From NCBI RefSeq assembly GCF_006345805.1, contig NC_043002.1, forward strand, positions 21,142,001-21,206,000: 64,000 nt of DNA, read 5' to 3'. Position 1 is the stretch's first letter, and each line of letters begins with the position of its first letter. The stretch is from Octopus sinensis. Its lineage: Eukaryota. The notes beneath the pieces are model-generated. The model was not told the origin of the DNA, made no database searches, and saw only the letters and a program-made list of their open reading frames with translations. Positions 38,642 through 50,046 of the stretch are shown here, in pieces. The position numbers and the translations under genes were made by a program.

Positions 38642-38696
38642 AGATGTAAGTATGTTACATATAATTATGTATATATGCATATATATCTTATTTATA

Positions 38697-39490
38697 TCAT
38701 CATCATCATCATCATCATCGTTTAACGTCCGCTTTCCATGCTAGCATGGGTTGGACGGTTCAACTGGGGTCTGGGAAGCCCGAAGGCTGCACCAGGCCAG
38801 TCAGATCTGGCAGTGTTTCTACAGCTGGATGCCCTTCCTAATGCCAACCACTCCGAGAGTGTAGTGGGTGATTTTATGTGCCACCGACACAGGTGCCAGA
38901 CGAGGCTGGCGAACGGCCACGCTCGGATGGTGTTTTTTACGTGCCACCGGCACGGAGGCCAGTCAATGCGGTACTGGCTACGGCCACGTTCGGATGGTTT
39001 TTGTATGTGCCACCGGCACTGGTACCACAAAACTACAAATTCCATTAATGCATTAATGTTCATCGAGTTTGCTTTTGATTTTGTCCATTTTCACTTGCCT
39101 CAACAGGTCTTCACAAGTAGAGTTATGTGTCCCAAGAAGGAAGGTATGCATAGGTGCACTGACTACGTTCCAGGTGGGGGCCATGGGTTATGGCCTCACT
39201 TGTCCAGCCGGGTCTTCTCACGCACAGCATACTTCCAAAGGTCTCGGTCTCTGGTCATTTCCTCGGTGAGACCTAAAGAGCGAAGGTCGTTCTTCACCAC
39301 CTCGTCCCAGGTTTTCCTGGGTCTGCCTCTTCCACAGGTCCCCTCAACCACCAGGGTGTGGCACTTTTTCACACAACTATCTTCATCCATTCTTACTACG
39401 TGTCCATACCAGCATAGACGCCTCTCTTGCACACCGCATCTGATGCTTCTTAGGTCCAACTTTTCTCTCAAGGCACTTACACTCTGTCTG
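38697..39490 (-). mobile_element. 5'-truncated RTE LINE copy of a sister subfamily with a monomeric 3' UTR
   Basis: ORF 39196-39528 (QERRLCWYGHV...RGRPRKTW...EKTRLDK*), followed leftwards by a single 3' UTR and an (ATC)n tail on the + strand. Confidence 0.92.
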
Positions 39491-39510
39491 GTATATATAT
39501 ATATATATAT

Positions 39511-42500
39511 TTTCTGGGCAGGGAACACTGACGGGGTTGGTGGCGTGGGTATACTTATCGCTGAGAAATGGATAGATAGAGTAATTGAGGTAATCAGAGT
39601 AAGTGACAGAATACTTAAGATTAGAATAGTGCTTCATAATAGATTAGCAACCATTATATCGGCCTATGCCCCTCAGCCAGGGCTACCGATGGACAGAAAG
39701 ACAGTTTCTATGACACCCTACTGCAGACCACCTCATTGACGAACGACAGGGACCTTCTCTTTGTGGCTGGTGATTTCAATGGTCATGTTGGACGACATGC
39801 TGGGGGCTTCCATGGCGTGCATGGAGGCTACGGTTTGGTTCCCGCAACGAGGAGGGAACCAGGCTGCTGAGTTCTGCGATGCGAATAGTCTTATGATCTG
39901 CAACACTAACTTCAGGAAACAAATAAGCCACCTGGTCACCTACCGATCGGGCCGGCATACTAGCCAAATCGACTACACTCCTCGCCAGAAAAAGGGAAAG
40001 ATGGCTGCTTATAAATGCCAAAACCTTCCCAGGCGAAGAATGCACCCCACAACATAGACTGGTAGTTAGTGACTTTAGGATCAGGACTAAGAGGGCGACT
40101 AGAAGACGACCAACATGGAGAAGAAGTGTCTGGAAGCTTAAAGACCCTGCGAATGGACAGAGATTTAGAGATATGTTACTTGAAGCCTTTGACGAAGTGG
40201 AAGGGGGTATAGCTACACATGGGGTAGAAGACACTGGACGTTTCTGAGGGACAACCTGCTGAAGCCGCTGACCAGATCTGTGGCTGGTGCAAAGTCCCCT
40301 AAGACCCAAAATAACATGGTGGTGGAACAATATTGTTGATAGGGCTATTAGACAAAAGAAACAGGCTTGGAAGGCCTGGAAGAACGGTGGTAGCAGGGAA
40401 GTGTATCAGACTGCCAGAAGGGAAGCCAGGAGACAGTCTATCTAGCAGAGGGGAAGCAGATAAAAGAAAATTTGCCAATGTCCTGCGCCGTGAGGATGAA
40501 AGACTTGAGGTATTTCGTGTTGCAAGACAGTGTGTGAGAGAGAATCGAGATGTGGTAGGAGAGAAATGTGTTCGCATGGAGGATGGTTCACTTGCGCTAA
40601 ATGAGGATGCAAAGAGAGAAGCTTGGAGACGCCACTATGAAAGGTTGCTGAATGAGGAAAATGAATGGGATAAAGAGAGTCTGCCGAATGTTGACCCAAC
40701 AGAGGGACCAGCTATCCGAGTTGATAGTTCCGTGGTAGCTAAGGCAATTAGAAGCATGAAGACAGGGAAAGCCCCAGGCCATCAGGAATTACTGCAGAGA
40801 TGCTCAAAATATCTGGTAGTGTCGGCTATAGCATAGTCACCCGTATAGTTAACCAGGTGATACACGAAGGAGTCATACCCAATGACTGGTGTAGCAGCAT
40901 AATAGTCAACTGCTACAAAGGTAAAGGCGATGCCCTAGATACAAATAACTACAGGGGCATCAAGCTGTTGGATCAGGTAATGAAGGTTACGGAGAGGGTT
41001 ATAGCCCAGTTAATTAGAGAGAGAGTTAGCTTAGATGATATGCAGTTTGGGTTCGTGCCAGGGAAAAGTACTACTGATGCTATATTCCTGGTAAGACAGC
41101 TGCAGGAGAATACCTAGCCAAAGGTAAGCCCTTGTACCTGGCTTTTGTTGACTTAGAGAAAGCCTTTGACAGGGTCCCCCGATCCCTTATCTGGTGGTCA
41201 ATGAGGAAACTAGGGATAGATGAATGGTTAGTGAGAGCTGTGCGAGCCATGTACAGAGACGCAGCTAGTAAGGTGAGGGTTGGCAACGAGTACAGTGAGA
41301 ATTCCGGGTAGAGGTTGGGGTCCACCAAGGTTCAGTCCTCAGCCCCCTCCTATTATCATAGTCCTCCAAGCAATAACGGAAGAATTTAAGACAGGATGCC
41401 CCTGGGAGCTCCTATATGCTGATGACCTTGCTCTAATGCTGAGTCACTATCAGAACTGGAGGAGAAGTTTCAGGTGTGGAAACAAGGATTAGAATCGAAG
41501 GGCCTTAGAATCAACCTAGCCAAAACCAAAGTCCTAATAAGTAGGAAGGTGGACCAACCACAAACGACTTCAGTAGATGGCCCTGCTCGATCTGTAAAAA
41601 AGGTGTAGGTAGAAACTCTATAAGGTGCACCAAGTGTAAGCTATGGACACATAAGAGGTGCAGCAATGTCAAAGGAAGGCTAACTAAGAAAATAGTTTTT
41701 GTCTGTGGCAGATGCTCAAGAGAAATAAACACTGGAAATGTGCAGAGACCAACTTCTACCACGTTCCAGGGAGACAAACTAGAAGTAGTTGATAGCTTCT
41801 GCTACCTAGGAGACCAAGTCAGTAGCCGGGGTGGGTGTGCTGAAAGTGTAACTGCTAGAGTAAGAATAGCCTGGGCAAAGTTTAGAGAGCTCTTACCCCT
41901 GCTGATGACAAAAGGCCTCTCGCTAAGAGTAAAAGGCAGACTATATGATGCGTGTGTACGTACAGCCATGCTACATGGTAGTGAAACATGGGCCGTGACA
42001 GCTGAGGATATGCGTAAGCTTGCAAGAAATGAAGCCAGTATGCTCCGATGGATGTGTAATGTCAGTGTTGTCATAATCGTCAGAGTGTAAGTACTTTGAG
42101 AGAAGTTGAACCTAAGAAGTGTCAGTTGTGGTGTGCAAGAGAGACGGCTGCGCTGGTATGGTCATGTGACGAGAATGGCTGAAGATAGTTGTGTGCAAAA
42201 GTGCTACACCCTAGCAGTTGAGGGAACCTGTGGAAGAGGTAGACCCAGGAAAACCTGGGACGAGGTGGTGAAGCACGACCATCGAACTTTAGGTCTCACC
42301 AAGGAAATGACTGAAGACCGAGTCCTATGGAAGTGTGCTGTGCATGAGAGGACCCGGCAGGACTAGTCAGGCCATATCCCGTGGCCCCTACCTGGGACGT
42401 AGTCGATCCACCTGTGCATACCTTCCTTCTTGGACACTTGTGAAGACCTGCTGAGGCAAGTGAAAATCAATCAAAATAGATGAACATCAATGGAATTTGT

Positions 42501-44470
42501 ATCTTTGTGGTACCAGTGCCTGTGGCACACAAGAAAACCATCCGAACGTGGCCGTAGCCAGTACCGCATCGACTCGCCTCCGTGCTATGGGAACATGGTG
42601 GCACATAAAAAACCATCCGAAGACCCGGCAAGACTAGTCAGGTCATAACCCGTGGGCCCTACCTGGGACGTAGTCAGTCCACCTGTACATACCTTCCTTC
42701 TTGCGACACTTGTGAAGACTGTTGAGGCAAGTGAAAATCAAAACAAATCAAAATAGATGAACATCAATGGAATTTGTATCTTTGTGGTGTGCCGGTTGTG
42801 GCACACAAGAATCCATCCGAACGTGGCCGTAGTCAGTACCGCTTGTGGTACCAGTGCCGGTGGCACACAAGAATCCATCCGACGTGGCCGTAGTCAGTAC
42901 CGCATCACTGGCCATCGTGCTGTGGGCACATAACAAACACCATCTGGTCGTGGCCGTTCGCCAGCCTCATCTAGCACCTGTGTCGGTGGCACATAAAAAG
43001 TAGTCAGTACCGCTTGTGGTACCAGTGCCGGTGGCACACAAGAATCCATCCGAACATGGCCGTAGTCAGTACCGCATCAGGCCATCGTGCTGTGGGCACA
43101 TAACCAAACACCATCCGGTCGTGGCCGTTCGCCAGCCTCATCTAGCACCTGTGTCGGTGGCACATAAAAACACCATCCGAAGACCCGGCAAGACTAGTCA
43201 GGCCATAACCCATGGCCCCTACCTGGGACGTAGTCAGTCCACCTGTGCCATACCTTCCTTCTTGTGACACTTGTGAAGACCTGTTGAGGCAAGTGAAAAT
43301 CAAAATCAAAACAAATCAAAATAGATGAACATCAATGGAATCTGTATCTTTGTGGTACCAGTGCCGTGGCACACACTTTGTGGTACCAGTGCCGGTGGCA
43401 CACAAGAGAACCATCCGACGTGGCCGTAGCCAGTTCCGCATCGACCGGCCTCCGTGCTGTGGGCACGTAACAAACACCATCCGATCATGGCCGTTCGCCA
43501 GCCTCATCTGGCACTGTGTCGGTGGCACATAAAAACACCTTCCGAAGACCCGGCAAGACTAGTCAGTCCACCTGTGCATACCTTCCTTCTTGTGACACTT
43601 GTGAAGACCGGTTGAGGCAAGTGAAAATCAAAATCAAATCAAATCAAAATAGACAAAATAGATGAACATCAATGGAATTTGTATCTTGTGGTACCAGTGC
43701 CTGTGGTACCAGTGCCTGTGGCACACAAGAAATCCATCAGTGCTGTAGTCAGTGCGGTGGGCACATGACAAACACCATCCGATCGTGGCCGTTCGCCAGC
43801 CTCAACTAGCACCTGTGTCGGTGGCACATAAAAACACCATCCGAAGACCCGGCAACACTAGTCAGGCCATAACCCATGGCCCCTACCTGGGACGTAGTCA
43901 GTCCACCTGTGCATACCTTCCTTCTTGTGACACTTGTGAAGACCTGTTGAGGCAAGTGAAAATCAAATCAAAACAAATCAAAATAGATGAACATCAATGG
44001 AATTTGTATCTTGTGGTGCCAGTGCCGTGGCACGTGGCACACAAGGGGGCCGTCCGAACGTGGCCGTAGCCGGTGCCGCATCGACTGGCCTGTGCTGTGG
44101 GCACGTAGCAAGCACCATCCGATCGTGGCCGTTTGCCAGCCTCATCTGGCACCGTGTCGGTGGCACATAAAAACACCATCCGAGCGGGGCCGTCTGCCAG
44201 CCTCGTCTGCCACCTGTGTCGGTGGCACATAAAAACACCATCCGAGCGTGGCCGTTTGCCAGCCTCGTCTGGCACCTGTGTCGGTGGCACATAAAATCAC
44301 CCACTACACTCTCGGGTGGTTGGCGTTAGGAAGGGCATCCAGCTGTAGAAACACTGCCAGATCTGGCTGGACTGGTGCAGCTTTCGGGCTCCCCAGACCC
44401 CAGTTGAACCGTCCAACCCATGCTAGCATGGAAAGCGGACGTTAAATGATGATGATGATGATGATGATGA
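39511..44470 (+). mobile_element. RTE-clade LINE, 5'-truncated: APE endonuclease, RT with inserted PHD finger, C-terminus (stop 42364-42366), tandemly amplified 3' UTR, (GAT)n tail
   Basis: APE motifs GVGILI, IISAYAP, GDFNGHVG, SQIDY. RT motifs [45 protein letters not shown]-terminal RLRWYGHV, RGRPRKTW. Several frameshifts. Confidence 0.95.
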
Positions 44471-44480
44471 TACACATATA

Positions 44481-44757
44481 AACAATTGCAGCGTGGAAAG
44501 TGTTTGTAAGCCATTTAAGAAACACACAAAAGCCGTTCGATTCACTTCAACATTTAAGTTTAATTTGTCAAAATATTTTCGTCACTTCAAGACTGCGACC
44601 TGTTCACTGACAAAAATCTTTGCTGCATCAGTGAACAGGTCGCGGTCTTAAAGCGACGAAAATATTTTGAAAATTTAAACTTAAATGTTGAAGTGAATCA
44701 AATGGCTTTTGCGTGTTTCTTAAATGGCTTACAAACACCTTCCACGTTGCAATTGTT
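44481..44757. repeat. Fold-back inverted repeat (~130-bp arms, 17-nt spacer)
   Basis: 44481-44610 is the reverse complement of 44628-44757 at about 90% identity. A non-folded homologue lies at ~23945-24150. Confidence 0.9.
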
Positions 44758-44922
44758 TTCATTTCAGCACACAATCTCAGATCAAATCACTTGCTATGCA
44801 AGTATATCTCCGTAATATATACGTATATATATGTATATATGTGTGTGTGTGTGTACTGTGTGTGTATCATTGACATTTTTCCTTCCTCCGTCTTCCCTTC
44901 TTTGGACCATTCCTTTTTGTAT

Positions 44923-44957
44923 GTTTCTGATGAAAAGCTCTGCTTGAAACGTTAAAT
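44923..44957 (+). ncRNA. Minimal type-I hammerhead ribozyme motif in a Penelope-like terminal repeat
   Basis: GUUU-CUGAUGA-A-AAGC(UCU)GCUU-GAA-AC|GU-U-AAAU. Intact core, 4-bp helix II, helix I GUUU/AAAU, palindromic ACGU helix III. Confidence 0.55.
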
Positions 44958-45072
44958 CCTTTTTTCTTTCCTTTCCTGAGCGTCCAATAACACTATACTT
45001 GTTCCACATCCTCGCATTGTGTTTTCTCTTTGTGTTTTCATGTTTGGATTAACTATATATATGCATACATAC

Positions 45073-45120
<48 letters not shown>

Positions 45121-45361
45121 GCATACATATTTTTTTTTCATTTCATTATATGTAAAACCTCACACTTTAAGTCTGTCTTTGTATTATTCCCCTCATCCTT
45201 CACCCTGGTGACAAATAAAAAAAATCACCATCATCGTCATCGTCATCATCATCATCATGTTGCTGTTGTTGTTGCCATTGTTATTGTAGTTGTTGTCATT
45301 GTGCAAAAAGTTTCTTCAGTATGTGGTTGCTGTTCTATTCCATATATGTTTTTCTTTTCAG

Positions 45362-45439
45362 ATCAAAAGGCGGTGTGTGTTAGAATGTATCATATCCAGC
45401 GAAAAGTCGTATATCGAAAGTCTCCAGAGAATACACAAC
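45362..45439 (+). CDS. ARHGEF10: ARHGEF10-like exon, DH start (IKRRCVLECIISSEKSYIESLQRIHN)
   Basis: ttttcAG| and |GTaagt, 78 nt, phase 0-0. DH conserved region 1 (SEKSYIESL). Confidence 0.92.
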
Positions 45440-45527
45440 GTAAGTTGAGCAAAACTGCTAATAGAACTTGATACTACTACTATACTACTATACATACTAC
45501 TACAGTATACTACTATAATACAACATA

Positions 45528-47420
45528 CAAGGTCGTAACAAAAGGTTTCTGGACTAGTTATGGTTAATAAAATATAACTTATTTACCTAATAAGATTTTA
45601 TAGGTTGCTTGAAGCATTGTATATGGAATATAATGTTGAAAGATTTTAAAGGCCAAACAATGCAAATAGATTTTAAGATGAGGTAACCTAAACTAAAAGT
45701 ATGTTACATGGTAATCTTTGGTCTTTTATATACATCCAGTATTTTGGGACATACAAGTCCCTTATTCAGGGTTAAAAAGAAACTGTCCTTTGTAAGATGT
45801 CTTTTGTTGGTGCCCGTGCTAGTAGGGTGCCAAGAGCACCATCCAAGCATGATCGTTGCCAGAGCAGCCAACTGGCTTCCGTGCCAGTGGCATGTAAAAG
45901 GGCACCATTCAAGCGTGATCTCTACCAACGTCGCCTTACTGGCACTTGTGCTGGTGGCATGTGTAAAAAGATTTGAGCGAGGTCGTTGCCAGTACCGCCT
46001 GACTGGCACGGTGGCACATAAAAAGCACCCACTACACTCTCGGAGTGGTTGGCGTTAGGAAGGGCATCAAGCTGTAGAAACTCTGCCAAATCAAGATTGG
46101 AGCCTAGTGCAGCCATCTGGTTCGTCAGCCCTCAGTCAAAATTGTCCAACCCATGCTAGCATGGAAAGCGGACGTTAAATGATGATGATGATAAAATAAT
46201 TCTATGATTATATTTGAATTTTCAAGTGTTTCTCTTCTTCATGAATGTTAGTGACGTCAGTTATTAACTTATTGCCCCACAAATCAATTTTCATCACCTC
46301 TTTTCTAATATGTAGCAAATGTACCTGTGTGTGTATGTCGATATGTATTGCATGCCTAGCTCCAATCTCTTATTTATTTGTGGGTTTAATTTATAGATAA
46401 TCAAAGCTTCCTTAATTCTTAAGTTGCCAAGATTTCTATCATTGGCTTCAATAGTAACTTTAATTTGTTTGTTGGTATTTTAAATATTGGATACATATAA
46501 GACCAAAGATTACCAGGTGACTCACTTTTAGTTTACATTACTGCATCTTAAAATCTATTTGCATTGTTTGGCCTTTTAAATCTTTCAACATTATTTACCT
46601 AAGTTTTAATATCATCTTCGAAATAGTCACCTTGTGCTGCAATACACCTGTCCCAACATCCCTGCATCCCCAAAGTCCATCCCCTCCTCATCATGGTGGG
46701 GACGTTGGCAGCAGGTGGTGTCAGAGCTATGCCGTCGGGAACTTTGGTTCCTGGTAGGACCACTCAAGGTGGATTGGTCTGATACCGAGTGGTATTAGGG
46801 CCACAACCCGGCAGATGGGTGAAAATCCTCAAGGTGTCTGTTTCGGCAACCGGCAGCTCCTTGGTCATTCTGTCCCTGCGTCTGCGGACAATCTGCGGCA
46901 AACAGGATGTCTCTACATGCAGGATTGTTGGGGGCCACTTGTGAAATTAATATTCCCACGAAACTTCTTCCACCGCCATGGTTCAAGATGCCTCGAGGGT
47001 GGTAGAAGAAGCCGATTCAACCCGCCCAAGGCGAATGTCACCACAAGTACAAGTAAGTACATCCCTGCCACTTTTGGAATACGGTTTGAAAGTCATTTTC
47101 TGTAAGCAAATTGAGGAGCTTATGTGATTTGCTCTGGATCTCAACAACTTCTGTCCCTTAGGGAAGAGATGGAAGTCTGCAGGTACTAAAGCTGGCAAAT
47201 AGGGCAGATGCCAAAATGATACCATGTTGTTTTTGGTGAGAAGCTCATGAGTGAAGACAGCTCAGTTAAGAATTCAATTCTTTGTACTCCACAGATCTGG
47301 TCACTTATGCCGAATGTCCTTCCTCAAGCGCTTCAAATTGTCAGAGTAACACATTTGATTGACAGTCTGGTCCTTGCAAGAAGAATTCTTGATGCACAAT
47401 GCCACATTTCTGGGAGTGAG
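45528..47420 (-). mobile_element. Mariner (DDxD) relic fragmented by nested insertions
   Basis: Minus strand: QGQTVNQ...LKRLRKDIRHK*PDLW, HLPYLPALVPADFHLFP (47070-47400) and CIAAQGDYFEDD* (~46600-46650). TA|CAAGGTCGTAACAAAAGG terminus at 45528. Confidence 0.75.
45631..46593. mobile_element. MITE-like element with ~110-bp terminal inverted repeats and a nested RTE 3' tail
   Basis: taatgttgaaagattttaaaggccaaacaatgcaaatagattttaagatg...gtaatctttggtctt (45631-45735) is the reverse complement of 46495-46593. Confidence 0.7.
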
Positions 47421-47508
47421 GCTCGTGGCAAATCTTCCATCAGCATCATCATCAACAATAACAAATAGTACACCAGTTTTCTAATATCTCTTCTATTTGA
47501 TGTTTCAG

Positions 47509-47682
47509 GATTACGAGACTCCAATTCTGGAAGCTGTTGACTCACAGAAATCTAAAGTGAAAAGTTCTCTGAAAAAGTTACGGGAGATACTCAACTACCA
47601 TCGCATGTTCCAGATCGAACTGGCCAATCGTGTCAATGAATGGCAGGAAGAAAATATCATTGGAGACATCTTTATCGCATCG
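47509..47682 (+). CDS. ARHGEF10: ARHGEF10-like exon, DH (DYETPILE...LREILNYHRMFQIELANRVNEWQEENIIGDIFIAS)
   Basis: tttcAG| and |GTgtgt, 174 nt, phase 0-0. Typical DH motifs EILxxHxxF and IGDIF. Confidence 0.93.
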
Positions 47683-47854
47683 GTGTGTGTTTGATTCATG
47701 TCTACTACTATCATGAAATATATTGCCTCATTTTTTAAAAAGTATTCTTTTATTGGTATAGTTCTTTGTATTTGTGTTATGCATGTCCAACTATCTACCT
47801 CTATAATATATATATATATATACATACATACATACATATACATATAATATACAT

Positions 47855-47888
<34 letters not shown>

Positions 47889-48226
47889 ATATATATATAT
47901 AAAATATAATTATATATATATATGATATATATTATATTATATTATATTATAAGATATATATATATATATATTATAAGATATATATATATATATATAAAAT
48001 GTGACCACGTGTGTACCGTTGGCGATTTTTTTTTTTCCTCTATCTTCCCTTCTCTGGATCTTTCCTCTCCTATGTTTCCGACGAAGAGCTCCGCTCGAAA
48101 TGTTAAACCCTCCTTCTTTCCTTCTTTCCTGAGCGTCCAATAAGTTTATATTTGTTCCACGTCCTCACGTTGTTGTGTTTTTTTGTGCTATCATATTTGG
48201 ATTAACTTTATATATATATATATATA

Positions 48227-48265
<39 letters not shown>

Positions 48266-48784
48266 TAATGAGTGAGAGAACAGTGTGCATGCCATCAAAG
48301 TGACACTGGGGTAAAATATACAAAGCCCAGTATACCCATCATGACTACCCGTCTGATAAGGGTACACTAGGCACATGCATCACAACTATGTGCATAACAT
48401 AGTGATTTCATATCAAGATAAACAGCACATGACCTTGCAGGTGGAGTCCAGTTAGAATTTTCTTCAGGTTGAGTAGCTCATCCTAAGGGTTGTTTAAGGA
48501 TGTTGAACGAAACACCCATGTTTCCAGAGGTGAATTATTTAAACCCCAAAGAATCCCTCTCAACATATGGCTATGATGCTTCCCAACTATTTCTGCTCGT
48601 GATCAGAGATGCACATATCGTCAGCCATTAAGGGACATGCTCAACTGGTTATGGTCAAACAACTTACAAGCAAATCTGTGGAATTGAGCAGAATATTTGT
48701 TGTAGCCCATCTTTTATACCAAGACAAAACAATGTACATGATAACACTTCCAATCAGTTAAGATCAGAAGCCATGTCGTATATA

Positions 48785-48822
<38 letters not shown>

Positions 48823-49294
48823 TGTATGTGTGTGTATTTGTTTGTGTGTCTTTGTTTATCCCCGCAACATCGTTTGACAACCGCTGCTGGAGTAAAGAGA
48901 AAAGAGAGTATGTATGTATGTATGTATTTTTTGTGGTGAAGGTACATGACTCAGTGGTTAGAGTGTCAGGCTCAGAATCATGAGGTAGTGAGTTTGACTC
49001 CCAGACTAGGCTATGTGTTGCGTTCTTGAGTGAGACACTTTATTTCACATTACTCCAGTTCACTCAGCTGTAGAAATGAGTTGCGACATCACTGGTGCCA
49101 AGCTGTATCGGCCCCTTTGCCTCTCCCTTGGATAACATTGGTGGCATAGTGAGGGGATGCTCGTATGCATGGGCAACTGCTGGTCTTCCATAAACAACCT
49201 TGCCTGGACTTATGCCTTATAGGGTAACTTTCTAGGTGTAATCCCATGGTAGTTCATGACTGACAGGGGTCTTTTTTTATGTGTGTATGTGGCT

Positions 49295-49810
49295 GGACCT
49301 CAAAAATTCCAGACACACAGATTCTGAGGACAGCTGATATCTTGAGTATTGAGGCGATGGTGCACAAGCACCGGTTGCATTGGACTGGACACCATATTAG
49401 AATGGAGGATAGAAGGATTCCTAAGCAGATGTTCTATGGAGAACTTGTGAATGGAAGGAGACTCCGGCAGAAACCAAGGCTGCGATTTAAGGACTGTGTC
49501 AAGTCCTCATTAAAGGCCTGTGATATGCAGGACACTGGCTGGAAGAACAGTGCCTGTCATTGCCACGGATGGAGGAAGCAGGTTGGAGAGGGGATCAACA
49601 CTTTTGAGAGAGCATGTGTCCAGCATGAAGAACTTAAGTGAGCTGCGCGAAAGCACACAGCTCGTATGGTGAGTGGGGAAGGCTTGGTCGGCAATGAGCT
49701 GGGCTCATTGGCCACCAGCAGAGCCACAAATGCAAAATATAAGTTAGTCCTAGAGCGCACAATATTCCTGAAGGTCGGCAATGGTCTTCCTCGGTCACAA
49801 GTGGACGGCC
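49295..49810 (+). mobile_element. RTE-BovB-type LINE C-terminal fragment
   Basis: HRLHWTGHHIRMEDRRIPKQMFYGEL..GRR...PRLRFKDCVK is a canonical RTE/BovB C-terminus. Confidence 0.85.
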
Positions 49811-49929
49811 ATCATCATGTATGTAGATATGTAGCAATTAAGTCCAAAAAAGTATTTACATTTTTTTTCTCATCTTGAAAATGCAACAGAACTTTCTTTC
49901 CAACCTAATGCATTATTGTCTGTTTGCAG

Positions 49930-50046
49930 TTCTCAAAGTCAATGGTACTTGATGCTTACAGTGTATACGTGAATAATTTTACTGCCACCATGGAAGATAT
50001 CAAGAAGCTACAAAGAACTCGACAGTCATTCAGGGATTTCCTAAAA
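49930..50046 (+). CDS. ARHGEF10: ARHGEF10-like exon, DH ([39 protein letters not shown])
   Basis: ttgcAG| and |GTaagc, 117 nt, phase 0-0. Family-diagnostic [11 protein letters not shown]. Confidence 0.95.

Noticed and set aside
38697-42366. Twin-priming 5' inversion of a single LINE
   Set aside because: The inverted part is a 3' end with its own tail and a diverged sequence, so it is a separate insertion.
25264-44470. Segmental duplication explaining the two LINE arrays
   Set aside because: Flanking sequences differ on both sides and homology is confined to the element.
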